Shown in pieces: positions 8,382 through 18,170 of a stretch of DNA of 64,000 bases. The notes beneath the pieces were generated by a model, which searched no databases, had not been told where the DNA came from, and saw only the letters and a program-made list of their open reading frames with translations. Within the stretch, counting starts at the first letter, position 1. Each line of letters opens with the position of its first letter. Source of the stretch: an uncultured Nitrospiraceae bacterium (GTDB taxonomy: Bacteria > Nitrospirota > Thermodesulfovibrionia > Thermodesulfovibrionales > Dissulfurispiraceae); contig CAVSHF010000003.1 in assembly GCA_963727805.1 (NCBI GenBank), positions 2,016,001 through 2,080,000 on the forward strand, in the 5' to 3' direction. The translations under genes were made by a program, and so were the position numbers.

Positions 8382-9760
8382 CTGTTCCCCTCTTCAACCT
8401 TATCGACGACAAAGCTGCTCCCTCGGTGGGATTTTGCACATTCCTTCAATTCGGCCGCTATTTCTCCGACCTGCAGTGGATCTCTCAGCTCACGTTCGAG
8501 GTTGGTCACAACCCCTATCGAGATCGACATGAGCGGAAAGGCCATCTCGTCGCCCTGGCGCGTCTTGCCCATAATGAAACCCTGCGTCCGGTCTTCAGGG
8601 CTATAGAAATCAGGGACCGTTCTGTCAAAGGCCTCGATTACAGTGCAGCATATTCTTTCGTACCTGGTAGGTCTTGTGATAACGACAAAGTCGTCGCCTC
8701 CGACATGTCCCAAGAAATCCTCTTGTGTGCCGTGCTCGGCAAGGGCCGACTCGATGATTTGCGCCGTTGCCTTGATGACCTCGCTGCCTCGGGCATAACC
8801 ATATTTGTCGCCAAAAGCCTTGAAGTTGTCTAGATCAAAATGGCAGAACGCAATGGGTCCGCCTTCTTCAAGCTTGCTCCTGAGCGTATTCTCTATCGCT
8901 ATATTACCGGGCATCCTTGTGAGGGGGCTCATATCGACTAGTATTTGTTCGAGCTTCCTGAGCCTTCCAGCCATCTCGGAAAAATACATCGAGAGTTCTC
9001 CCAGTTCGTCATGGCTCTTCACCTCCGGGAGATTTTCAAAATCACCCTTTGCCACCCGTTTCGTCGCGATCTTGAGCTTCCGTATCGACCCGGCGATATT
9101 ACGAGTGATCAGACCAGTGGTGACGAGCGCGAGAATAACAAAGAGGATACTGAGGCTTATGATCGACTGATACGCTTTCTCTCCAATCTCGGAAGAGCGT
9201 CGGCTTTGTCTGTTCTGGTTCCTGACAGAGTCATTTGATATCTTTTTGATCGAATCGGTCAGAGCTGCCTGCCTGTTCCGTATAGTATTATCGATTTCCT
9301 GAGAGCGTGGAGATACGGGGCTGCCTTTATATTCAAACATCTTTTGGAAAGCATCGCTATATTCCGCATGGAGTGATATAAGCTTGTCCACTGAATAATC
9401 CTTCTTGCCAAGCAGCACCTTCAGCTCATCGGCGCGAGAATCGAATTCCTCGGTCTTTTTCTGATAGAGATCGAGCAGTTCCGAACTTTGCAAAAGAGCG
9501 TATCGGCGGCCCCAGAGTTCCTGGGCAAGGACAGCGTCGATCATCTTGTCAGAAAGTTCGATAACCTGAACGTCGACTCCTACGATGCCTTTATTGATAT
9601 CATTCAATTTCTTGAGACTCGAAAGGGCTAGTGCTGCGATCAGGACGATCACGACCGAGAGGCCGAGGTAGGCAATGACCATCTTGGCCGCGATGGTGAA
9701 GCGGAAGAAAGGCAGCCGCGATGGAGTCTTATCTAGAGATTTCTTTCCCGGAATATTCAT
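8378..9760 (-). CDS. membrane sensor HAMP-GGDEF (GGDDF) dinucleotide cyclase
   Basis: Two TM helices, periplasmic four-helix sensor, HAMP (DELGELSMYF), SPLTRMPG, DLDNFK, GHVGGDDF, SISIG. Confidence 0.88.
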   Translation of the reverse strand: MNIPGKKSLDKTPSRLPFFRFTIAAKMVIAYLGLSVVIVLIAALALSSLKKLNDINKGIVGVDVQVIELSDKMIDAVLAQELWGRRYALLQSSELLDLYQKKTEEFDSRADELKVLLGKKDYSVDKLISLHAEYSDAFQKMFEYKGSPVSPRSQEIDNTIRNRQAALTDSIKKISNDSVRNQNRQSRRSSEIGEKAYQSIISLSILFVILALVTTGLITRNIAGSIRKLKIATKRVAKGDFENLPEVKSHDELGELSMYFSEMAGRLRKLEQILVDMSPLTRMPGNIAIENTLRSKLEEGGPIAFCHFDLDNFKAFGDKYGYARGSEVIKATAQIIESALAEHGTQEDFLGHVGGDDFVVITRPTRYERICCTVIEAFDRTVPDFYSPEDRTQGFIMGKTRQGDEMAFPLMSISIGVVTNLERELRDPLQVGEIAAELKECAKSHRGSSFVVDKVEEGNS

Positions 9761-9861
9761 GGTCATCACCTCAAATTTTTATTATAACCCAAATCGACCT
9801 TGTGGCTGGCATAAAACGACAAGGCGATCGTTTGACTTTTTCGACGGATTTTGCGGACAAT

Positions 9862-10040
9862 ATATGCTATCAGGTGCTGAAAGCTTAATAGGGAATCCCG
9901 TGAGGGCATAGAGCCCAATCCGGGAGCGGTCCCGCCGCTGTGACCGGGGACGAAAGCCGACTGAGCCACTGTCTTAATTCAGGAGACGGGAAGGCCGGTA
10001 AGTAGGATAATCCGGGAGCCAGAAGACCTGCCTGAAAATA
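9862..10040 (+). ncRNA. cobalamin (AdoCbl) riboswitch
   Basis: caggtgc...taatagggaatcccgtg...aatccgggagcggtcccgccgctgtg...gccactg...gggaaggc...gagccagaagacctgcctg (B12 box), upstream of cob genes. Confidence 0.93.
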
Positions 10041-10178
10041 GAGAAGTCAGAAACCGGTATCAGTTAGCAAAGAATGAGCCTGTCGATCGCAGCCTCATTC
10101 TGTAATATTGATAACGCTTACCGATTCTGATTAACTCCTTCTCGCGGATAGAAGGTGGGGATGAAGGAAACAGGGTGC

Positions 10179-10212
10179 AATCCTCAGGGCTCATTCGCTC
10201 TGAGGATTTTTT
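10179..10212 (+). terminator. riboswitch expression-platform intrinsic terminator
   Basis: aatcctcagggc...gctctgaggatt followed by T-tract, just before the GGAGG RBS of the first gene. Confidence 0.8.
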
Positions 10213-10230
10213 ATTTAATAGGAGGCTTCG

Positions 10231-11532
10231 ATGACACAGATTGAAAGGGCAGCAACAGGAGAGATCACCAGTGAACTCATGAGGGTCGCGACCGATGAAA
10301 TGCTTTCGTCCGAACTGATCAGAAGCCGTGTTGCATCCGGACAGATTATAGTCCCCGCAAACAGCAACAGGCAGACGAAGATTGTCGGAATCGGCATGGG
10401 TCTTAGGACAAAGGTCAACGCATCCATAGGGACTTCGACTGATATCGTCGATCTCGCGATGGAGATCGAGAAGGCACAGATCGCGGAAAAGTATGGGGCT
10501 GACACCCTGATGGACCTGAGTGTCGGAGGTGATATCGGGGCGATTAGGAGGGCCGTCATGAACCAAATCACCCTGCCCGTCGGGACAGTCCCACTTTACG
10601 AGGCCTTCTCCCTTGCCATCGAGAAATACGGTGCCGCAGTGAAGATGCCCGCCGAACTCCTCTTCGAAGTGACCGAAAGACAGTGCGAAGAAGGGGTCGC
10701 GTTTATGGCGATCCACTGCGGCATTAATCGGAGGACTGTCGAGATGCTGAGGAAACAGCACTACCGTTATGGCGGGCTGGTCTCAAAAGGCGGCTCCTAT
10801 ATGGTAGCCTGGATGGAGCACAACAACATGGAGAACCCTCTTTACGAGCATTTCGACAGGGTTGTGGAAATCCTCAAGAAGCATGACGTGGTCCTGAGCC
10901 TCGGCAACGGGTTTCGCGCAGGCGCGATCCATGACGCCAATGACCGGGTGCAGATGCAGGAATTGCTGATCAATTGCGAACTTGCTGAAGTGGGCAGAGA
11001 GAAAGGCTGCCAGACGATGGTTGAAGGGCCCGGCCATATACCGATCAATGAGATCGAGGCGGTCATCACCCTCCAGAAAAAGATGAGTGGCGAGGCGCCA
11101 TTTTATATGCTCGGCCCTATCACTACTGATATAGCGCCGGGATATGATCACATCACCGCCGCAGTCGGCGCCTCGTTGTCATCCGCTTACGGCGCGGACT
11201 TCATCTGTTATGTCACGCCGTCGGAGCACCTCGGCCTCCCATTTACTGAGGATGTAAAGGAGGGGGTTATTGCCTCCCGAATCGCCGCCCACATTGGCGA
11301 TATGATAAAGCTGAAACATACTGAAAAAGACAAATTAATGGCGAAAGCGAGAAGAGACATGGACTGGCACAAGCAATTCGAACTCGCCATAGACCCTGAA
11401 AGGGCGATCGAAATCAAATCAAAAAGGGGCAATGGCGACGAACACTCATGCACGATGTGCGGAAAGTTCTGCGCGAATGAAATGCTGAAAGGCATGTTCG
11501 ATACAGCCATGCAAAAGACCGATAAACTATAA
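10231..11532 (+). CDS. bzaF: ThiC-family radical SAM enzyme, probably 5-hydroxybenzimidazole synthase BzaF
   Basis: ThiC motifs (KVNASIGTS, GADTLMDLS, GTVPLYE, VEGPGH, APGYDHI, YVTPSEHL, CTMCGKFC); context under B12 riboswitch, translationally coupled to cobU-cobT-cobS. Confidence 0.75.
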   Translation: MTQIERAATGEITSELMRVATDEMLSSELIRSRVASGQIIVPANSNRQTKIVGIGMGLRTKVNASIGTSTDIVDLAMEIEKAQIAEKYGADTLMDLSVGGDIGAIRRAVMNQITLPVGTVPLYEAFSLAIEKYGAAVKMPAELLFEVTERQCEEGVAFMAIHCGINRRTVEMLRKQHYRYGGLVSKGGSYMVAWMEHNNMENPLYEHFDRVVEILKKHDVVLSLGNGFRAGAIHDANDRVQMQELLINCELAEVGREKGCQTMVEGPGHIPINEIEAVITLQKKMSGEAPFYMLGPITTDIAPGYDHITAAVGASLSSAYGADFICYVTPSEHLGLPFTEDVKEGVIASRIAAHIGDMIKLKHTEKDKLMAKARRDMDWHKQFELAIDPERAIEIKSKRGNGDEHSCTMCGKFCANEMLKGMFDTAMQKTDKL

Positions 11533-12065
11533 TGAACGGCATGATTACCTTCATACTCGGGGGCTCGCGGAGCGGCAAGAGCAGCTTCGCCCTTGAACGC
11601 GCATCCATGATATCTGGTTCCAAAGCTTTCATAGCAACGGCCCAGGCATTTGATGACGAGATGAGGGAGCGGATCGAGCGCCATAAGCAGGAGAGGTCCC
11701 CTGAATGGATGACCTTTGAAGAACAAGTCGCGCTTCCGAGCCTTATCAGCACAATGCACAGTGAATACGCCGTAGTCCTTATCGACTGCCTTACTCTCTG
11801 GCTCTCAAACCTCATGATGAATAAGGCCGATGTCGAAGCAGAAATTGAATCTTTTTTATCCTCTGCAATCGCTTGTACTGCTTGCCTCTTCGTCGTCTCG
11901 AACGAAGTCGGGATGGGCATTGTGCCGGAGAACGCCCTTGCAAGGGAATTCAGAGATTTTGCCGGCACCCTAAACCGTCGCATGGCGGAAATTGCTGATG
12001 AGGTCTATTTGATAACAGCTGGGATAGCGATGAAGATAAAACAAACAAATAACTCTTTCTATTAA
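11532..12065 (+). CDS. cobU: adenosylcobinamide kinase / adenosylcobinamide-phosphate guanylyltransferase
   Basis: GGSRSGKSSFA, DEMRERIERH, DCLTLWLSN, SNEVGMGIVP. Confidence 0.95.
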   Translation: MNGMITFILGGSRSGKSSFALERASMISGSKAFIATAQAFDDEMRERIERHKQERSPEWMTFEEQVALPSLISTMHSEYAVVLIDCLTLWLSNLMMNKADVEAEIESFLSSAIACTACLFVVSNEVGMGIVPENALAREFRDFAGTLNRRMAEIADEVYLITAGIAMKIKQTNNSFY

Positions 12066-12075
12066 GGAGAATTAA

Positions 12076-13137
12076 ATGCATTTACTAAAAGACACTCTAA
12101 AAACCATTAATCCGTCAAACAAGGAATTCTCCATTGCGGCCCAGCAGCACCTCGACAACCTTACCAAGCCTCTGGGTAGCCTCGGCAGGCTTGAAGAGTT
12201 CGCGCGTAGGCTCGTCGCGATCACCGAAAACAAAAGTCCCATACTTGATAAGAAGGTCATCTTCACCTTTGCCGGAGACCACGGAGTGACAGCAGAAGGT
12301 GTTTCGGCTTACCCGAAAGAAGTGACACAGCAGATGGTCCTAAATTTCCTAAAGGGTGGCGCCGGCATAAATGTTCTAGCCAGGCATGCCGGAGCGGAGG
12401 TCGTCGTCATCGATATTGGCGTGGACCATGACTTCGGAGATATGGCTGGACTTGTAAATATGAAAGTCGTCAGCGGAACAAAGAACTTCACGCACGAACC
12501 CGCCATGACACGAGAGGAGGCGGTCGCGTGCATTGAAATGGGGATTAAGCTCGCAAATGGGTATGCTCAAAAGGGATACAATATCTTCGGCACAGGAGAG
12601 ATGGGCATAGGCAATACCACTCCCTCAAGCGCTATCGCAGCCGTCTTAACCGGACGGTCTGTTGCGGAAGTAACGGGAAAGGGAACAGGCATATCGGACG
12701 AATCGCTACTCAATAAGATCAGGGTCATCGAAGAAGGCATAAGAGTAAATCATCCTAACAAGAATGATGCGATCGATGTCCTTGCGAAAGTGGGTGGAGC
12801 CGAAATCGGGGGGATTGCTGGAATAGTCCTCGGTGCTGCGGCAAATAAGATCCCAGTAATTATCGACGGCTTCATATCGACTGCCGGAGCGCTCATCGCC
12901 TATTGCATCGAACCGAAGACTGGGGATTATATGTTTGCCGCTCACAACTCTGTCGAGATTGGGCACAGATCAATGCTCGAAAAAATGGGGTTGGAGCCGA
13001 TACTTGACCTCGACCTGCGGCTCGGAGAGGGAACAGGTGCAGCACTCGCCCTTCTCCTGATCGAAGGAGGGCTTAAGATTTACAAAGAGATGGCGACCTT
13101 CGGCGAGGCTGGAGTTTCATCAGATGTCATTAACTAA
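12076..13137 (+). CDS. cobT: nicotinate-nucleotide--benzimidazole phosphoribosyltransferase
   Basis: [35 protein letters not shown]. Confidence 0.96.
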   Translation: MHLLKDTLKTINPSNKEFSIAAQQHLDNLTKPLGSLGRLEEFARRLVAITENKSPILDKKVIFTFAGDHGVTAEGVSAYPKEVTQQMVLNFLKGGAGINVLARHAGAEVVVIDIGVDHDFGDMAGLVNMKVVSGTKNFTHEPAMTREEAVACIEMGIKLANGYAQKGYNIFGTGEMGIGNTTPSSAIAAVLTGRSVAEVTGKGTGISDESLLNKIRVIEEGIRVNHPNKNDAIDVLAKVGGAEIGGIAGIVLGAAANKIPVIIDGFISTAGALIAYCIEPKTGDYMFAAHNSVEIGHRSMLEKMGLEPILDLDLRLGEGTGAALALLLIEGGLKIYKEMATFGEAGVSSDVIN

Positions 13138-13156
13138 GAAATAGCGGAAAGGGGCT

Positions 13157-13966
13157 ATGCGCTCTATCATTCTGGCCATACAATTTCTTACCATTTTGCC
13201 CGTCAGGCTCAAAGGAGTCGTCTCGGAGCGTGACATCGCGCGTTCCGCAGCCTTCTTCCCTGTTGTCGGGGTAGTGCAGGGGATTCTCCTGCTCAGCTCC
13301 GCAATACCACTGATCCGCATACTCCCTCCTGACATCGTAAGCGGACTCATTATCACTATAGCGATCATCAGTAATGGAGGGTTTCATCTGGACGGATTGG
13401 CCGACACTTTCGATGCGCTTGCGGTCAAGTCTTCGGGCGATCCGGTAGCTGACAGGGAGAAAAGATTGTCAGTGATGAAAGACAGCTCAACAGGCGCGAT
13501 AGGGGTTGTTTCAATCGTGATGGTACTCCTTCTCAAATTTGTCCTGATCAAGAACGTCCTCCTGTTTCCGGACCCACTGACGGCTGTTCTCATACTCTTC
13601 CTCATGCCGGTCTTCTCAAAATGGATCATGGTGCCGGCTATGTACTTCGGAAAGTCTGCTCGTCATGACGGTCTCGGTAAGATATTCATAGAAAGCATGT
13701 CGTTACAAATAGTAATGTTTTCTTCAGCCCTCGCGATTTTTATTTTTGCGATCATTTATATCACTCATCTGGCCGGTATCTTCGGATTGCAGACACTTCT
13801 TATTTTCGGATTGTTTCCAGCTGGCTACTTATTGGCGCAATTAGCGGTACTTTTCTGCTCAAAGAAGTTCGGCGGCCTTACCGGCGACACGCTAGGAGCA
13901 TTAAGCGAACTATCGGAAATATTATATTTAATGGGGTCATATTTATGGTTACAACACTCTATCTGA
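13157..13966 (+). CDS. cobS: adenosylcobinamide-GDP ribazoletransferase (cobamide synthase)
   Basis: QFLTILP, GGFHLDGLADTFD, MKDSSTGAIG, FGGLTGDTLGA. Confidence 0.95.
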   Translation: MRSIILAIQFLTILPVRLKGVVSERDIARSAAFFPVVGVVQGILLLSSAIPLIRILPPDIVSGLIITIAIISNGGFHLDGLADTFDALAVKSSGDPVADREKRLSVMKDSSTGAIGVVSIVMVLLLKFVLIKNVLLFPDPLTAVLILFLMPVFSKWIMVPAMYFGKSARHDGLGKIFIESMSLQIVMFSSALAIFIFAIIYITHLAGIFGLQTLLIFGLFPAGYLLAQLAVLFCSKKFGGLTGDTLGALSELSEILYLMGSYLWLQHSI

Positions 13967-14562
13967 TACGTCACGGTGCGACAGAGGGGCACGAGGAGAA
14001 GCGGTACAAGGGGAGCATTGACGTCCCACTGTCCGAAAAAGGGATCGAACAGATAAAAAAAGCGGTCCAGTTCATATGCGCGACATTGGGGAGTTCCTCA
14101 CTCGCCGCAGTCTATTCATCACCTCTTTCTAGGGCATACAAGAGCGCAGAGATACTGGCCGCGCCCTTCGGACTGCAACCTTCAGTAGTCGCTGACCTAA
14201 GGGAGCGCCATTTCGGCATATGGGAAGGCATGACATTAAACGAAATCAGTGAAAGATATCCCGATGAGTTCAAGGCATGGGCGAGTAATCCTCTTCAACA
14301 CAGCCCGACCGGCGGGGAAAGCACCCTGCAGGTGAGAGACCGTCTTATCCCCGCTTATGAGGAAATCATTGAGCACCACCCCGGGGAGAGCATCGCCATC
14401 GCGGGCCATGGCGGCGTGAACCGGATTGTCCTTTGCCATGTTCTCGGTATACCCCTTGAGCATATCTTCAGGGTTGAGCAGGACAACGCTGCGGTGAATA
14501 TAGTCAACTTCTATGACAAATACCCGGTGGTGAGATTATTGAACGGAGGGCCCTTTGTCTAA
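13945..14562 (+). CDS. cobC: alpha-ribazole phosphatase (histidine phosphatase family)
   Basis: LIRHG, SSPLSRA, LRERHFGIWEG, HGGVNR; cob operon context. Confidence 0.85.
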   Translation: MVTTLYLIRHGATEGHEEKRYKGSIDVPLSEKGIEQIKKAVQFICATLGSSSLAAVYSSPLSRAYKSAEILAAPFGLQPSVVADLRERHFGIWEGMTLNEISERYPDEFKAWASNPLQHSPTGGESTLQVRDRLIPAYEEIIEHHPGESIAIAGHGGVNRIVLCHVLGIPLEHIFRVEQDNAAVNIVNFYDKYPVVRLLNGGPFV

Positions 14563-16087
14563 ATCGCTGATGATACAAGGGACAGGATCGGGCGCGGGCA
14601 AAAGCCTGATTGTTACGGCCCTCTGCAGGATCGTGCGCGACATGGGGTTGAACGTTGCGCCTTTCAAGGCCCAAAACATGGCACTGAATTCCTTTATAAC
14701 TATGACCGGGGGCGAGATCGGAAGGGCACAGGCGCTTCAAGCTGAGGCCGCACGGCTGGACCCAACGGTAGAGATGAATCCTATATTGCTGAAGGCCCAG
14801 GGAGAGAGCGGGTGCCAGGTCATCATTCACGGCAAGGTGCACAAGAGCATGAGGGCCCGTGAATATTACGCTTTCAGAGACCACGCCTGGGAATCAGCCA
14901 AAGCAGCTTTCAATGCGCTGTCAGAAAAACATGAGGTGATCCTTATTGAGGGTGCCGGCAGTCCGGCTGAGATCAATCTCATGGATGCCGATATCGTGAA
15001 CATGTCCGTCGCTAAGTATGCCAAAGCCCCCGTTCTCCTCGTGGGAGATATCGATAAAGGCGGGGTCTTTGCCTCCCTTTATGGGACGGTAAAGCTCCTC
15101 GGACGTGACAAACGTTACATCAAGGGATTCATCATCAACAAGTTCCGCGGAGACGTGGATATCCTCACACCCGGATTGGAGATGATTCGTGAGAAGACAG
15201 GGATTCGGGTTGTCGGTGTTCTGCCCTACTTCGATCGCTCGGGACTACCGGAGGAAGACGGTCTGTCGTTGTCTCAGGGGGGAGCCGTGGCACGGCCTGC
15301 CGTATTTGTGCCTGGCGTGAAGATAGTTATTGTGAGATTGCAGTACATCTCCAATTTCACAGATTTTGACCCCCTTCTCTACGAACCCGATGTGGAGCTT
15401 GTCTACTCGACAAATCCTGCGGAAATCGAAAATGCAGATATGGTGATCATTCCGGGAACGAAGAATACGGTAAAGGACCTTCTTCATCTGAGGGAGAGAG
15501 GACTCGCTCAAAGTGTCGCAAGGGCTCATGCGAAGGGTGTCCAGATCGTCGGGATGTGCGGCGGCTATCAAATGCTCGGCAAACGCATATACGATCCCGA
15601 CGGCGTTGAAAGTCTCCATCGTGAAGTCAAAGGCCTCGGATTGCTGAATATCGATACTAACTTTAAGGGCACCAAAACGACATGCCGGGTCAAAGCGGAT
15701 TTGGTCCATACCGGTTCGCCGTTTCCCATTGCAGAGAACGGACACGGGGTACTCTTAACCGGATACGAAATCCATATGGGCACGAGCATCGGCGACATCG
15801 GGCTGTTCAGGATGCGACGGTTTCCAACTCACGAACCAGGCCAAGGAGATGAAGTGCTCGACGGTTCGATAAAGGATAATTGCTGGGGTAGCTATATCCA
15901 TGGAATCTTCGAAAATGACTCGTTCAGGCGGGGTATGATCAATGATCTGAGAATAAAGAAGAGTCTGTCCCCCCTGGAAAGCGGGATCAATTGCAGGGAG
16001 ATAAAAGATCGGGCAATCGACAAGCTTGCGTCGATAGTAAAGGATAATATCGATATGGATTTTGTCACGAGGCTCCTGAAATTATGA
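14555..16087 (+). CDS. cobQ: cobyric acid synthase
   Basis: GTGSGAGKS, PFKAQNMALNS, EGAGSPAEINL, ISNFTDFDPL, GMCGGYQMLG, GYEIHMG. Confidence 0.96.
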   Translation: MSKSLMIQGTGSGAGKSLIVTALCRIVRDMGLNVAPFKAQNMALNSFITMTGGEIGRAQALQAEAARLDPTVEMNPILLKAQGESGCQVIIHGKVHKSMRAREYYAFRDHAWESAKAAFNALSEKHEVILIEGAGSPAEINLMDADIVNMSVAKYAKAPVLLVGDIDKGGVFASLYGTVKLLGRDKRYIKGFIINKFRGDVDILTPGLEMIREKTGIRVVGVLPYFDRSGLPEEDGLSLSQGGAVARPAVFVPGVKIVIVRLQYISNFTDFDPLLYEPDVELVYSTNPAEIENADMVIIPGTKNTVKDLLHLRERGLAQSVARAHAKGVQIVGMCGGYQMLGKRIYDPDGVESLHREVKGLGLLNIDTNFKGTKTTCRVKADLVHTGSPFPIAENGHGVLLTGYEIHMGTSIGDIGLFRMRRFPTHEPGQGDEVLDGSIKDNCWGSYIHGIFENDSFRRGMINDLRIKKSLSPLESGINCREIKDRAIDKLASIVKDNIDMDFVTRLLKL

Positions 16088-17100
16088 TTGAAGTGATCAT
16101 CCTCATAGCAGCATTCCTCCTCGATCTTGCTATCGGAGATCCCAGCCGGCTGCCGCATCCCGTAAGGATTATCGGAAAAGGCATAAGCTTCCTGGAAGGG
16201 ATCATCAGGAAGATCGCCAGGACCCAGAGGATCGAAAAGATCGGAGGTTTATTTCTTGTACTCCTGATCGTCATACCCGTCTTTCTGCTGACCTTCGTGA
16301 TAAATAAAATCATCTTACTGGATATAGCAACGGGGGGCATCATTACTGCGGTGGGAATTATTGCCGCTATTATCCTGACCTCGACAACGATTGCCGTCAG
16401 GGACCTCGTTGATTCGTCAAAGGCAGTCATCGATGCTGTCAAGGCCGGTACAACTGACGAGGCAAGACGAAACCTGAGCATGATCGTGGGCCGCGACACC
16501 GAACGCCTTCAGGACAAAGGCATCCTGAAGGCTACGATTGAGACGCTCGCCGAGAACCTCTCCGACGGCATCGTGGCGCCACTCTTCTATTTCGCTCTCG
16601 GTGGGCTCCCGCTCGCAATGACCTATAAGGCAATCAACACTCTCGACTCAATGGTAGGCTATAAGAACAAGAACTATATTAATCTCGGCCGTGCATCCGC
16701 ACGACTTGATGATATCGCCAATTATCTGCCGGCACGTATCACCGGAGTCCTGATAGTATTATCTATCGGTATGTGTCGGACATTTTCCCGGACCATTGGG
16801 AAAACCCGCTATTCATTATTGACTGCCGGCAATGCCTTCACAATTATGATGCGTGACGGAAGAAAACATTCTAGCCCGAACAGCGGCATACCGGAGGCGG
16901 CAATGGCCGGAGGCCTCGGCGTCATGCTAGGAGGCCCTTCAACTTATGGCAACGTGCTTGTTGAGAAGCCCTCGATAGGTGAGGAAAAGAATACAGATTA
17001 TCACGCTGCGGCTGAGAACACCTTAAAAATAGTTCTCCTTGCATCTTTTCTCGGCCTGGGAGTCTCGGTTCTGATAATCCTTCTCAGAGGCTTGATATGA
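16084..17100 (+). CDS. cbiB: adenosylcobinamide-phosphate synthase
   Basis: GDPSRLPHPV, IVGRDT, ETLAENLSDG, NTLDSMVGY, SPNSGIPEAAMAG. Confidence 0.95.
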   Translation: MIEVIILIAAFLLDLAIGDPSRLPHPVRIIGKGISFLEGIIRKIARTQRIEKIGGLFLVLLIVIPVFLLTFVINKIILLDIATGGIITAVGIIAAIILTSTTIAVRDLVDSSKAVIDAVKAGTTDEARRNLSMIVGRDTERLQDKGILKATIETLAENLSDGIVAPLFYFALGGLPLAMTYKAINTLDSMVGYKNKNYINLGRASARLDDIANYLPARITGVLIVLSIGMCRTFSRTIGKTRYSLLTAGNAFTIMMRDGRKHSSPNSGIPEAAMAGGLGVMLGGPSTYGNVLVEKPSIGEEKNTDYHAAAENTLKIVLLASFLGLGVSVLIILLRGLI

Positions 17101-18170
17101 TAGGACATGGAGGAGATATTTACACTGCATCACGTGAACTCGGTATTGCTGCCGACAAGGTCATCGATTTCAGCGCTTCGATCAATCCCCTCGGCGTTCC
17201 GAAGAGTGTCCGCGCCGAAATAATCACTCAACTCGGTAATCTGCGCCACTATCCAGATCCGTCAGCCACGAATCTCAACGGAGAGATATCGCGGTCGATC
17301 GGCGTCAATCAGGAATCAATCTTCTGCGGAAACGGAAGCACCGAATTGATCTATCTCGTGGTCAGGGCCTTGCAGCCCCAAAAAGTCCTCATACCCGCCC
17401 CCACCTTCTCGGAATATGAAAGGGCCTGCAGTGTTAAATCACCTCTTAAAAATTCAGACGCAAAATATTCATCCATAGACCACTTCGACCTTTCCGAAAA
17501 GACAGAATACAGGATAAACCCTCATAAATTTATCAATGCGATGGTCGGGCATGATTTGGCCTTCATCTGCAATCCCAATAATCCTACAGGCGGCCTCATC
17601 AAAAAATCTGACATGCTGCGTATAGCCGAAGCGGCAAGGGAGACCGCGTGTTACCTTGTCGTAGATGAGGCGTTCATTGACTTCATTCTTAATGAATCGA
17701 TCGTAACAAAGGTTAAAAATAACCCTTATTTGATCGTCCTGCGATCTCTGACGAAGTTTTATGCTCTTTCAGGTTTAAGGATCGGATACGCCGTGATTCA
17801 TCCCAAACTGTCCTGCGCAATCAAATGTTTCAAGGAACCGTGGACGGTCAATACCCTTGCTCAGATTTCCGGCGTTGCAGCCCTTAAGGATGCTAACTAT
17901 GCAACCAAAACCTTCAGGATTCTCGAAGAGGAAAAAGCGCATCTGGAAACAGGATTTAAAAAAATGCGGATCAGATATTATCCATCACGTATAAATTTCT
18001 ACTTATTGAAACTGGAGAATGCGAGTAATATTGTGTCACATCTAAGAACAAAAGGCATTCTGGTGAGGGACTGCTCCAATTTCAGGGGCCTCAATAATTC
18101 ACACATCAGGATCGCGGTAAGGTCCAGAAGCGAAAATGCACGCTTGCTCAGGGAGCTTGCAAAACTATGA
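17097..18170 (+). CDS. cobD: threonine-phosphate decarboxylase
   Basis: HGGD, DFSASINPLG, GNGSTELI, CNPNNPTG, VDEAFIDF, RSLTKFYALSGLRIGY. Confidence 0.92.
   Translation: MIGHGGDIYTASRELGIAADKVIDFSASINPLGVPKSVRAEIITQLGNLRHYPDPSATNLNGEISRSIGVNQESIFCGNGSTELIYLVVRALQPQKVLIPAPTFSEYERACSVKSPLKNSDAKYSSIDHFDLSEKTEYRINPHKFINAMVGHDLAFICNPNNPTGGLIKKSDMLRIAEAARETACYLVVDEAFIDFILNESIVTKVKNNPYLIVLRSLTKFYALSGLRIGYAVIHPKLSCAIKCFKEPWTVNTLAQISGVAALKDANYATKTFRILEEEKAHLETGFKKMRIRYYPSRINFYLLKLENASNIVSHLRTKGILVRDCSNFRGLNNSHIRIAVRSRSENARLLRELAKL

Noticed and set aside
10060..10761. 233-aa minus-strand ORF over the riboswitch leader and ThiC-like gene
   Set aside because: Antisense shadow overlapping well-supported features
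10231..11532. Calling this gene thiC (thiamine synthesis)
   Set aside because: Cobalamin riboswitch and cobUTSC context favour bzaF; no TPP riboswitch or thi genes nearby
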